Assembly: GCA_964016885.1 (NCBI GenBank)
Contig: OZ024744.1
Span: forward strand, 5,146,001 to 5,210,000
Origin: Eledone cirrhosa
Taxonomy: Eukaryota
Length of the DNA stretch: 64,000 nt
Reading direction: 5' to 3'
Below the pieces are notes generated by a model. That model was not told where the DNA came from. It ran no database searches and was given only the letters and a program-made list of their open reading frames with translations. Shown in pieces: positions 49,901-62,450 of the stretch (position 1 is its first letter; every line of letters starts with the position of its first letter). The position numbers and the translations under genes were made by a program.

Positions 49901-52900
49901 ACAGTGAGGTTGGTAGCAGAGGTCTATGCTGGTAGACAGTGGTGTTGGTAGCAGAGGTCTATCTTGGTAGACAGTGGTGTTGGTAGCAGAGGTCTATCTT
50001 GGTAGACAGTGGTGTTGGTAGCAGAGGTCTATGTTGGTAGACAGTGAGGTTGCTAGCAGAGGTCTATCTTGGTAGACAGTGGTGTTGGTAGCAGAGGTCT
50101 ATCTTGGTAGACAGTGAGGTTGGTATCAGAGGTCTATCTTGGTAGACAGTGGTGTTGGTAGCAGAGGTCTATGTTGGTAGACAGTGGTGTTGGTAGCAGA
50201 GGTCTATCTTGGTAGATAGTGAGGTTGGTAGTAGAGGTCTATGTTGGTAGACATTGGTGTTGGTAGCAGAGTTCTATCTTGGTAGACAGTGGTGTTGGTA
50301 GCAGAGGTCTATGTTGGTAGACAGTGGTGTTGGTAATAGAGGTCTATCTTGGTAGACAGTGGTGTTGGTAGCAGATGTCTATCTTGGTAGACAGTGGTGT
50401 TGGTAGCAGAGATCTATCTTGGTAGACAGTGGTGTTGGTAGCAGAGGTCGATCTTGGTAGACAGTGGTGTTGGTAGCAGAGGTCTATCTTGGTAGACAGT
50501 GGTGTTGGTAGCAGAGGTCTATGTTGGTAGACAGTGGTGTTGGTAGCAGAGGTATATCTTGGTAGGCAGTGGTGTTGGTAGCAGAGCTCTATCTTGGTAG
50601 ACAGTGGTGTTGGTAGCAGAGGTCTATCTTGGTAGACAGTGGTGTTGGTAGCAGAGGTCTTTCTTGGTAGACAGTGGTGTTGGTAGCAGAGGTCTATGTT
50701 GGTAGAAAGTGAGGTTGGTAGCAGAGGTCTATCTTGGTAGAAAGTGGTGTTGGTAGGAAAGGTCTATCTTGGTAGACAGTGGTGTTGGTAGCAGAGGTCT
50801 ATCTTGGTAGACAGTGGTGTTGGTAGCAGAGGTCTATATTGGTAGACAGTGGTGTTGGTAGCAGATGTCTATCTTGGTAGACAGTGGTGTTGGTAGCAGA
50901 GGTCTATCTTGGTAGACAGTGGTGGTGGTAGCAGAGGTCTATCTTGTTAGACAGTGTTGTTGGTAGCAGAGGTCTATCTTAGTAGACAGTGGTGTTGGTA
51001 GCAGAGGTCTATCCTGGTAGACAGTGGTGTTGGTAGCAGAGGTCTATCTTGGTAGACAGTAGTGTTGGTAGCAGAGGTCTATCTTGGTAGACAGTGGTGT
51101 TGGTAGCTGAGGTCTAACTTGGTAGACAGTGGTGTTGGTAGCAGAGGTCTATCTTAGTAGACAGTGGTGTTGGTAGCAGAGGTCTACCTTGGTAGACAGT
51201 GGTGTCGGTAGCAGAGCTCTATCCTGGTAGACAGTGGTGTTGGTAGCAGAGGTCTATCTTGGTAGACAGTGAGGTTGGTAGCAGAGGTCTATGTTGGTAG
51301 ACAGTGGTGTCGGTAGCAGAGCTCTATCTTGGTAGACAGTGGTGTTGGTAGCAGAAGTCTATCTTGGTAGACAGTGAGGTTGGGAGCAGAGGTCTATGTT
51401 GGTAGACAGTGGTGTTGGTAGCAGAGGTCTATCTTGGTAGACAGTGGTGTTGGTAGGAGAGGTTTATCTTGGTAGACAGTGGTGTTGGTAGCAGAGGTCT
51501 ATGTTGGTAGACAGTGGTGTTGGTAGCAGAGGTATATCTTGGTAGGCAGTGGTGTTGGTAGCAGAGCTCTATCTTGGTAGACAGTGGTGTTGGTAGCAGA
51601 GGTCTATCTTGGTAGACAGTGGTGTTGGTAGCAGAGGTCTATGTTAGTAGAAAGTGAGGTTGGTAGCAGAGGTCTATCTTGGTAGACAGTGAGGGTGGTA
51701 GCAGAGGTCTATCTTGGTAAACAGAGGTGTTGGTAGCAGAGGTCTATCTTGGTAGACAGTGAGGTTGGTATCAGAGGTCTATCTTGGTAGACAGTGAGGT
51801 TGGTAGCAGAGGTCTATGTTGGTAGACAGTGGTGTTGGTAGCATAGGTCTATCTTGGTAGACAGTGGTGTTGGTAGCAGAGGTCTATGTTGGTAGACAGT
51901 GGTGTTGGTAGTAGAGGTCTATCTTGGTAGACAGTGGTGTTGGTAGCAGATGTCTATCTTGGTAGACAGTGGTGTTGGTAGCAGAGGTCTATCTTGGTAG
52001 ACAGTGGTGTTGGTAGCAAATATCTATCTTGGTAGACAGTGGTGTTGGTAGCAGAGGTCTATGTTGGTAGACAGTGGTATTGGTAGCAGAGGTCTATCTT
52101 GGTAGACAGTGGTGTTGGTAGCAGAGGTCTATCTTGGTAGACAGTGGTGTTGGTAGCAGAGGTCTATCTTGGTAGACAGTGGTGTTGGTAGCAGAGGTCT
52201 ATCTTGGTAGACAGTGGTGTTGGTAGCAGAGGTCTATGTTGGTAGACAGTGAGGTTGGTAGCAGAGGTCTATGTTGGTAGACAGTGGTGTTGGTAGCAGA
52301 GGTCTATCTTGGTAGACAGTGGTGTTGGTAGAAGAGGTCTATGTTGGTAGACAGTGAGGTTGGTAGCAGAGGTCTATCTTGGTAGACAGTGAAGTTGGTA
52401 GCAGAGGTCTATCTTGGTAGACAGTGAGGGTGGTAGCAGAGGTCTATCTTGGTAGACAGTGGTGTTCGTAGCAGAGGTCTATCTTGGTAGACAGTGGTGT
52501 TGGTAGCAGAGGTCTAACTTGGTAGACAGTGAGGTTGGTAGCAGAGGTCTATCTTGGTAGACAGTGGTGTTGGTAGCAGAGGTCTATCTTGGTAGACAGT
52601 GGGGTGGGTAGCAGAGGTCTATGTTGGTAGACAGTGGTGTTGGTAGCAGAGGTCTATGTTGGTAGACAGTGGTGTTGGTAGCAGAGGTCTATGTTGGTAG
52701 ACAGTGGTGTTGGTAGCAGAGGTTAATCTTGGTAGACAGTGGTGTTGGTAGCAGAGATCTATCTTGGTAGACAGTAGTGTTGGTAGCAGAGGTCTATGTT
52801 GGTAGACAGTGGTGTTTGTAGCAGAGGTCTATGTTGGTAGACAGTGGTGTTGGAAGCAGAGGTCTATCTTAGTAGACAGTGGTGTTGGTACTGAGGTCTA

Positions 52901-55900
52901 TGTTGGTAGACAGTGAGGTTGGTAGCAGAGGTCTATATTGGTAGACAGTGAGGTTGGTAGCAGAGGTATATCTTGGTAGACAGTGAGGTTGGTAGCAGAG
53001 CTCTATCTTGGTAGACAGTGGTATTGGTAGCAGAGGTCTATCTTGGTAGACAGTGGTGTTGGTAGCAGAGGTCTATCTTGGTAGACAGTGGTGTTGGTAG
53101 CAGAGGTCTATGTTGGTAGACAGTGGTGTTGGTAGCAGAGGTATATCTTGGTAGGCAGTGGTGTTGGTAGCAGAGCTCTATCTTGGTAGACAGTGGTGTT
53201 GGTAGCAGAGGTCTTTCTTGGTAGACAGTGGTGTTGCTAGCAGAGGTCTATGTTGGTAGAAAGTGAGGTTGGTAGCTGAGATCTATGTTGGTAGACAGTG
53301 GTTTTGGTAGCAGAAGTCTATCTTGGTAGACAGTGAGGTTGGTAGCAGAGGTCTATGTTGGTAGACAGTGGTGTTTGTAGCAGAGGACTATGTTGGTAGA
53401 CAGTGGTGTTGGTAGCAGAGGTCTATCTTGGTAGACATTGAGGTTGGTAGCAGAGGTCTATCTTGGTAGACAGTGGTGTTGGTAGCAGAGATCTATGTTG
53501 GTAGACAGTGGTGTTGGTAGCAGAGGTCTATCTTAGTAGACAGTGGTGTTGGTAGCAGAGGTCTATCTTGGTAGACAGTGAAGTTGGTAGCAGAGGTCTA
53601 TCTTGGTAGACAGTGAGGTTGGTAGCAGAGGTCTATCTTGGTAGACAGTGGTGTTGGTAGCAGAGGTCTATCTTGGTAGACAGTGAGGTTGGTAACAGAG
53701 GTCTATCTTGGTAGACAGTGGTGTTGTAGCAGAGGTCTATCTCGGTAGACAGTGAGGTTGGTAGCAGAGGTCTATGCTGGTAGACAGTGGTGTTGGTAGC
53801 AGAGGTCTATCTTGGTAGACAGTGGTGTTGGTAGCAGAGGTCTATCTTGGTAGACAGTGGTGTTGGTAGCAGAGGTCTATGTTGGTAGACAGTGAGGTTG
53901 CTAGCAGAGGTCTATCTTGGTAGACAGTGGTGTTGGTAGCAGAGGTCTATCTTGGTAGACAGTGAGGTTGGTATCAGAGGTCTATCTTGGTAGACAGTGG
54001 TGTTGGTAGCAGAGGTCTATGTTGGTAGACAGTGGTGTTGGTAGCAGAGGTCTATCTTGGTAGATAGTGAGGTTGGTAGTAGAGGTCTATGTTGGTAGAC
54101 ATTGGTGTTGGTAGCAGAGTTCTATCTTGGTAGACAGTGGTGTTGGTAGCAGAGGTCTATGTTGGTAGACAGTGGTGTTGGTAATAGAGGTCTATCTTGG
54201 TAGACAGTGGTGTTGGTAGCAGATGTCTATCTTGGTAGACAGTGGTGTTGGTAGCAGAGGTCTATCTTGGTAGACAGTGGTGTTGGTAGCAGAGGTCGAT
54301 CTTGGTAGACAGTGGTGTTGGTAGCAGAGGTCTATCTTGGTAGACAGTGGTGTTGGTAGCAGATGTCTATCTTGGTAGACAGTGGTGTTGGTAGCAGAGA
54401 TCTATCTTGGTAGACAGTGGTGTTGGTAGCAGAGGTCGATCTTGGTAGACAGTGGTGTTGGTAGCAGAGGTCGATCTTGGTAGACAGTGGTGTTGGTAGC
54501 AGAGGTCTATCTTGGTAGACAGTGGTGTTGGTAGCAGAGGTCTATGTTGGTAGACAGTGGTGTTGGTAGCAGAGGTATATCTTGGTAGGCAGTGGTGTTG
54601 GTAGCAGAGCTCTATCTTGGTAGACAGTGGTGTTGGTAGCAGAGGTCTATCTTGGTAGACAGTGGTGTTGGTAGCAGAGGTCTTTCTTGGTAGACAGTGG
54701 TGTTGGTAGCAGAGGTCTATGTTGGTAGAAAGTGAGGTTGGTAGCAGAGGTCTATCTTGGTAGAAAGTGGTGTTGGTAGGAAAGGTCTATCTTGGTAGAC
54801 AGTGGTGTTGGTAGCAGAGGTCTATCTTGGTAGACAGTGGTGTTGGTAGCAGAGGTCTATATTGGTAGACAGTGGTGTTGGTAGCAGATGTCTATCTTGG
54901 TAGACAGTGGTGTTGGTAGCAGAGGTCTATCTTGGTAGACAGTGGTGGTGGTAGCAGAGGTCTATCTTGTTAGACAGTGTTGTTGGTAGCAGAGGTCTAT
55001 CTTAGTAGACAGTGGTGTTGGTAGCAGAGGTCTATCCTGGTAGACAGTGGTGTTGGTAGCAGAGGTCTATCTTGGTAGACAGTAGTGTTGGTAGCAGAGG
55101 TCTATCTTGGTAGACAGTGGTGTTGGTAGCTGAGGTCTAACTTGGTAGACAGTGGTGTTGGTAGCAGAGGTCTATCTTAGTAGACAGTGGTGTTGGTAGC
55201 AGAGGTCTACCTTGGTAGACAGTGGTGTCGGTAGCAGAGCTCTATCCTGGTAGACAGTGGTGTTGGTAGCAGAGGTCTATCTTGGTAGACAGTGAGGTTG
55301 GTAGCAGAGGTCTATGTTGGTAGACAGTGGTGTCGGTAGCAGAGCTCTATCTTGGTAGACAGTGGTGTTGGTAGCAGAAGTCTATCTTGGTAGACAGTGA
55401 GGTTGGGAGCAGAGGTCTATGTTGGTAGACAGTGGTGTTGGTAGCAGAGGTCTATCTTGGTAGACAGTGGTGTTGGTAGGAGAGGTTTATCTTGGTAGAC
55501 AGTGGTGTTGGTAGCAGAGGTCTATGTTGGTAGACAGTGGTGTTGGTAGCAGAGGTATATCTTGGTAGGCAGTGGTGTTGGTAGCAGAGCTCTATCTTGG
55601 TAGACAGTGGTGTTGGTAGCAGAGGTCTATCTTGGTAGACAGTGGTGTTGGTAGCAGAGGTCTATGTTAGTAGAAAGTGAGGTTGGTAGCAGAGGTCTAT
55701 CTTGGTAGACAGTGAGGGTGGTAGCAGAGGTCTATCTTGGTAAACAGAGGTGTTGGTAGCAGAGGTCTATCTTGGTAGACAGTGAGGTTGGTATCAGAGG
55801 TCTATCTTGGTAGACAGTGAGGTTGGTAACAGAGGTCTATGTTGGTAGACAGTGGTGTTGGTAGCATAGGTCTATCTTGGTAGACAGTGGTGTTGGTAGC

Positions 55901-58900
55901 AGAGGTCTATCTTGGTAGACAGTGGTGTTGGTAGCAGAGGTCTATGTTAGTAGAAAGTGAGGTTGGTAGCAGAGGTCTATCTTGGTAGACAGTGAGGGTG
56001 GTAGCAGAGGTCTATCTTGGTAAACAGAGGTGTTGGTAGCAGAGGTCTATCTTGGTAGACAGTGAGGTTGGTATCAGAGGTCTATCTTGGTAGACAGTGA
56101 GGTTGGTAGCAGAGGTCTATGTTGGTAGACAGTGGTGTTGGTAGCATAGGTCTATCTTGGTAGACAGTGGTGTTGGTAGCAGAGGTCTATGTTGGTAGAC
56201 AGTGGTGTTGGTAGTAGAGGTCTATCTTGGTAGACAGTGGTGTTGGTAGCAGATGTCTATCTTGGTAGACAGTGGTGTTGGTAGCAGAGGTCTATCTTGG
56301 TAGACAGTGGTGTTGGTAGCAAATATCTATCTTGGTAGACAGTGGTGTTGGTAGCAGAGGTCTATGTTGGTAGACAGTGGTATTGGTAGCAGAGGTCTAT
56401 CTTGGTAGACAGTGGTGTTGGTAGCAGAGGTCTATCTTGGTAGACAGTGGTGTTGGTAGCAGAGGTCTATCTTGGTAGACAGTGGTGTTGGTAGCAGAGG
56501 TCTATCTTGGTAGACAGTGGTGTTGGTAGCAGAGGTCTATGTTGGTAGACAGTGAGGTTGGTAGCAGAGGTCTATGTTGGTAGACAGTGGTGTTGGTAGC
56601 AGAGGTCTATCTTGGTAGACAGTGGTGTTGGTAGAAGAGGTCTATGTTGGTAGACAGTGAGGTTGGTAGCAGAGGTCTATCTTGGTAGACAGTGAAGTTG
56701 GTAGCAGAGGTCTATCTTGGTAGACAGTGAGGGTGGTAGCAGAGGTCTATCTCGGTAGACAGTGGTGTTCGTAGCAGAGGTCTATCTTGGTAGACAGTGG
56801 TGTTGGTAGCAGAGGTCTAACTTGGTAGACAGTGAGGTTGGTAGCAGAGGTCTATCTTGGTAGACAGTGGTGTTGGTAGCAGAGGTCTATCTTGGTAGAC
56901 AGTGGGGTGGGTAGCAGAGGTCTATGTTGGTAGACAGTGGTGTTGGTAGCAGAGGTCTATGTTGGTAGACAGTGGTGTTGGTAGCAGAGGTCTATGTTGG
57001 TAGACAGTGGTGTTGGTAGCAGAGGTTAATCTTGGTAGACAGTGGTGTTGGTAGCAGAGATCTATCTTGGTAGACAGTAGTGTTGGTAGCAGAGGTCTAT
57101 GTTGGTAGACAGTGGTGTTTGTAGCAGAGGTCTATGTTGGTAGACAGTGGTGTTGGAAGCAGAGGTCTATCTTAGTAGACAGTGGTGTTGGTACTGAGGT
57201 CTATGTTGGTAGACAGTGAGGTTGGTAGCAGAGGTCTATATTGGTAGACAGTGAGGTTGGTAGCAGAGGTATATCTTGGTAGACAGTGAGGTTGGTAGCA
57301 GAGCTCTATCTTGGTAGACAGTGGTGTTGGTAGCAGAGGTCTATCTTGGTAGACAGTGGTGTTGGTAGCAGAGGTCTATCTTGGTAGACAGTGGTGTTGG
57401 TAGCAGAGGTCTATGTTGGTAGACAGTGGTGTTGGTAGCAGAGGTATATCTTGGTAGGCAGTGGTGTTGGTAGCAGAGCTCTATCTTGGTAGACAGTGGT
57501 GTTGGTAGCAGAGGTCTTTCTTGGTAGACAGTGGTGTTGCTAGCAGAGGTCTATGTTGGTAGAAAGTGAGGTTGGTAGCTGAGATCTATGTTGGTAGACA
57601 GTGGTTTTGGTAGCAGAAGTCTATCTTGGTAGACAGTGAGGTTGGTAGCAGAGGTCTATCTTGGTAGACAGTGGTGTTGGTAGCAGAGGTCTATCTTGGT
57701 AGACAGTGGTGTTGGTAGCAGAGGTCTATCTTGGTAGACAGTGGTGTTGGTAGCAGAAGTCTATCTTGGTAGACAGTGGTGTTGGTAGCAGAGGTCTATC
57801 TTGGTAGACAGTGGTGTTGCTAGCAGAGGTCTATCTTGGTAGACAGTGGTGTTGCTAGCAAAGGTCTATGTCGGTAGACAGTGAGGTTGGTAGCAGAGGT
57901 CTATCTTGGTAGACAGTGAGGGTGGTTGCAGAGGTCTATCTTGGTAGACAGTGGTGTTGGTAGCAGAGGTCTAGCTTGGTAGACAGTGAGGTTGGTATCA
58001 TAGGTCTATCTTGGTAGACAGTGAGGTTGGTAGCAGAGGTCTATGTTGGTAGACAGTGGTGTTGGTAGCATAGGTCTATCTTGGTAGACAGTGGTGTTGG
58101 TAGCAGAGGTCTATGTTGGTAGACAGTGGTGTTGGTAGTAGAGGTCTATCTTGGTAGACAGTGGTGTTGGTAGCAGATGTCTATCTTGGTAGACAGTGGT
58201 GTTGGTAGCAGAGGTCTATCTTGGTAGACAGTGGTGTTGGTAGCAGATATCTATCTTGGTAGACAGTGGTGTTGGTAGCAGAGGTCTATGTTGGTAGACA
58301 GTGGTGTTGGTAGCAGAGGTCTATCTTGGTAGTCAGTGGTGTTGGTAGCAGAGGTCTATCTTGGTAGACAGTGGTGTTGGTAGCAGAGGTCTATGTTGGT
58401 AGACAGTGAGGTTGGTAGCAGAGGTCTATCTTGGTAGACAGTGGTGTTGGTAGCAGAGGTCTATGTTGGTAGACAGTGGTGTTGGTAGCAGAGGTCTATC
58501 TTGGTAGATAGTGAGGTTGGTAGTAGAGGTCTATGTTGGTAGACATTGGTGTTGGTAGCAGAGTTCTATCTTGGTAGACAGTGGTGTTGGTAGCAGAGGT
58601 CTATGTTGGTAGACAGTGGTGTTGGTAATAGAGGTCTATCTTGGTAGACAGTGGTGTTGGTAGCAGATGTCTATCTTGGTAGACAGTGGTGTTGGTACCA
58701 GAGGTCTATCTTGGTAGACAGTGGTGTTGGTAGGAGAGGTCTATCTTGGTAGACAGTGGTGTTGGTAGCAGAGGTCTATCTTGGTAGAAAGTGGTGTTGG
58801 TAGGAGAGGTCTATCTTGGTAGACAGTGGTGTTGGTAGCAGAGGTCTATCTTGGTAGACAGTGGTGTTGGTAGCAGAGGTCTATATTGGTAGACAGTGGT

Positions 58901-61900
58901 GTTGGTAGCAGATGTCTATCTTGGTAGACAGTGGTGTTGGTAGCAGAGGTCTATCTTGGTAGACAGTGGTGGTGGTAGCAGAGGTCTATCTTGTTAGACA
59001 GTGTTGTTGGTAGCAGAGGTCTATCTTAGTAGACAGTGGTGTTGGTAGCAGAGGTCTATCCTGGTAGACAGTGGTGTTGGTAGCAGAGGTCTATCTTGGT
59101 AGACAGTAGTGTTGGTAGCAGAGGTCTATCTTGGTAGACAGTGGTGTTGGTAGCTGAGGTCTAACTTGGTAGACAGTGGTGTTGGTAGCAGAGGTCTATC
59201 TTAGTAGACAGTGGTTTGGTAGCAGAGGTCTACCTTGGTAGACAGTGGTGTCGGTAGCAGAGCTCTATCCTGGTAGACAGTGGTGTTGGTAGCAGAGGTC
59301 TATCTTGGTAGACAGTGAGGTTGGTAGCAGAGGTCTATGTTGGTAGACAGTGGTGTCGGTAGCAGAGCTCTATCTTGGTAGACAGTGGTGTTGGTAGCAG
59401 AAGTCTATCATGGTAGACAGTGAGGTTGGGAGCAGAGGTCTATGTTGGTAGACAGTGGTGTTGGTAGCAGAGGTCTATCTTGGTAGACAGTGGTGTTGGT
59501 AGCAGAGGTTTATCTTGGTAGACAGTGGTGTTGGTAGCAGAGGTCTATGTTGGTAGACAGTGGTGTTGGTAGCAGAGGTATATCTTGGTAGGCAGTGGTG
59601 TTGGTAGCAGAGCTCTATCTTGGTAGACAGTGGTGTTGGTAGCAGAGGTCTATCTTGGTAGACAGTGGTGTTGGTAGCAGAGGTCTTTCTTGGTAGACAG
59701 TGGTGTTGGTAGCAGAGGTCTATGTTGGTAGAAAGTGAGGTTGGTAGCAGAGGTCTATCTTGGTAGACAATGAGGTTGGTAGCAGAGGTCTATGTTGGTA
59801 GACAGTGGTGTTGGTAGCATAGGTCTATCTTGGTAGACAGTGGTGTTGGTAGCAGAGGTCTATGTTGGTAGACAGTGGTGTTGGTAGTAGAGGTCTATCT
59901 TGGTAGACAGTGGTGTTGGTAGCAGATGTCTATCTTGGTAGACAGTGGTGTTGGTAGCAGAGGTCTATCTTGGTAGACAGTGGTGTTGGTAGCAAATATC
60001 TATCTTGGTAGACAGTGTTGTTGGTAACAGAGTTCTATGTTGGTAGACAGTGGTGTTGGTAGCAGAGGTCTATCTTGGTAGACAGTGAGGGTGGTTGCAG
60101 AGGTCTATCTTGGTAGACAGTGGTGTTGGTAGCAGAGGTCTATCTTGGTAGACAGTGAGGTTGGTATCAGAGGTCTATCTTGGTAGACAGGGAGGTTGGT
60201 AGCAGAGGTCTATGTTGGTAGACAGTGGTGTTGGTAGCATAGGTCTATCTTGGTAGACAGTGGTGTTGGTAGCAGAGGTCTATGTTGGTAGACAGTGGTG
60301 TTGGTAGTAGAGGTCTATCTTGGTAGACAGTGGTGTTGGTAGCAGATGTCTATCTTGGTAGACAGTGGTGTTGGTAGCAGAGGTTAATCTTGGTAGACAG
60401 TGGTGTTGGTAGCAGAGGTCTATGTTGGTAGACAGTGGTGTTGATAGCAGAGGTTAATCTTGGTAGACAGTGGTGTTGGTAGCAGAGGTCTATCTTGGTA
60501 GACAGTGGTGTTGGTAGCAGAGGTCTATCTTGGTAGACAGTGGTGTTGGTAGCAGAAGTCTATCATGGTAGACAGTGGTGTTGGTAGCAGAGGTCTATGT
60601 TGGTAGACAGTGGTGTTGGTAGCATAGGTCTATCTTGGTAGACAGTGGTGTTGGTAGCAGAGGTCTATGTTGGTAGACAGTGGTGTTGGTAGTAGAGGTC
60701 TATCTTGGTAGACAGTGGTGTTGGTAGCAGATGTCTATCTTGGTAGACAGTGGTGTTGGTAGCAGAGGTCTATCTTGGTAGACAGTGGTGTTGGTAGCAA
60801 ATATCTATCTTGGTAGACAGTGTTGTTGGTAGCAGAGTTCTATGTTGGTAGACAGTGGTGTTGGTAGCAGAGGTCTATCTTGGTAGACAGTGAGGGTGGT
60901 TGCAGAGGTCTATCTTGGTAGACAGTGGTGTTGGTAGCAGAGGTCTATCTTGGTAGACAGTGAGGTTGGTATCAGAGGTCTATCTTGGTAGACAGGGAGG
61001 TTGGTAGCAGAGGTCTATGTTGGTAGACAGTGGTGTTGGTAGCATAGGTCTATCTTGGTAGACAGTGGTGTTGGTAGCAGAGGTCTATGTTGGTAGACAG
61101 TGGTGTTGGTAGTAGAGGTCTATCTTGGTAGACAGTGGTGTTGGTAGCAGATGTCTATCTTGGTAGACAGTGGTGTTGGTAGCAGAGGTTAATCTTGGTA
61201 GACAGTGGTGTTGGTAGCAGAGGTCTATGTTGGTAGACAGTGGTGTTGATAGCAGAGGTTAATCTTGGTAGACAGTGGTGTTGGTAGCAGAGGTCTATCT
61301 TGGTAGACAGTGGTGTTGGTAGAAGAGGTCTATCTTGGTAGACAGTGGTGTTGGTAGCAGAGATCTATGTTGGTAGACAGTGGTGTTGGTAGCAGAGGTC
61401 TATCTTAGTAGACAGTGGTGTTGGTAGCAGAGGTCTATCTTGGTAGACAGTGAAGTTGGTAGCAGAGGTCTATCTTGGTAGACAGTGAGGTTGGTAGCAG
61501 AGGTCTATCTTGGTAGACAGTGGTGTTGGTAGCAGAGGTCTATCTTGGTAGACAGTGAGGTTGGTAACAGAGGTCTATCTTGGTAGACAGTGGTGTTGTA
61601 GCAGAGGTCTATCTCGGTAGACAGTGAAGTTGGTAGCAGAGGTCTATGCTGGTAGACAGTGGTGTTGGTAGCAGAGGTCTATCTTGGTAGACAGTGGTGT
61701 TGGTAGCAGAGGTCTATCTTGGTAGACAGTGCTGTTGGTAGCAGAGGTCTATGTTGGTAGACAGTGAGGTTGGTAGCAGAGGTCTATCTTGGTAGACAGT
61801 GGTGTTGGTAGCAGAGGTCTATATTGGTAGACAGTGGTGTTGGTAGCAGATGTCTATCTTGGTAGACAGTGGTGTTGGTAGCAGAGGTCTATCTTGGTAG

Positions 61901-62450
61901 ACAGTGGTGGTGGTAGCAGAGGTCTATCTTGTTAGACAGTGTTGTTGGTAGCAGAGGTCTATCTTAGTAGACAGTGGTGTTGGTAGCAGAGGTCTATCCT
62001 GGTAGACAGTGGCGTTGGTAGCAGAGGTCTATCTTGGTAGACAGTAGTGTTGGTAGCAGAGGTCTATCTTGGTAGACAGTGGTGTTGGTAGCTGAGGTCT
62101 AACTTGGTAGACAGTGGTGTTGGTAGCAGAGGTCTATCTTAGTAGACAGTGGTGTTGGTAGCAGAGGTCTACCTTGGTAGACAGTGGTGTCGGTAGCAGA
62201 GCTCTATCCTGGTAGACAGTGGTGTTGGTAGCAGAGGTCTATCTTGGTAGACAGTGAGGTTGGTAGCAGAGGTCTATGTTGGTAGACAGTGGTGTCGGTA
62301 GCAGAGCTCTATCTTGGTAGACAGTGGTGTTGGTAGCAGAAGTCTATCTTGGTAGACAGTGAGGTTGGGAGCAGAGGTCTATGTTGGTAGACAGTGGTGT
62401 TGGTAGCAGAGGTCTATCTTGGTAGACAGTGGTGTTGGTAGGAGAGGTTT
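44000..62450. repeat. Higher-order block B, copy 2 (~18.4 kb), with whole-monomer gains and losses relative to copy 1
   Basis: Same ordered markers as 26100-43630. The offset steps 17875 > 17700 > 17735 > 18015 > 18820, and every step is a multiple of 35 (-5, +1, +8, +23 monomers). Confidence 0.9.
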
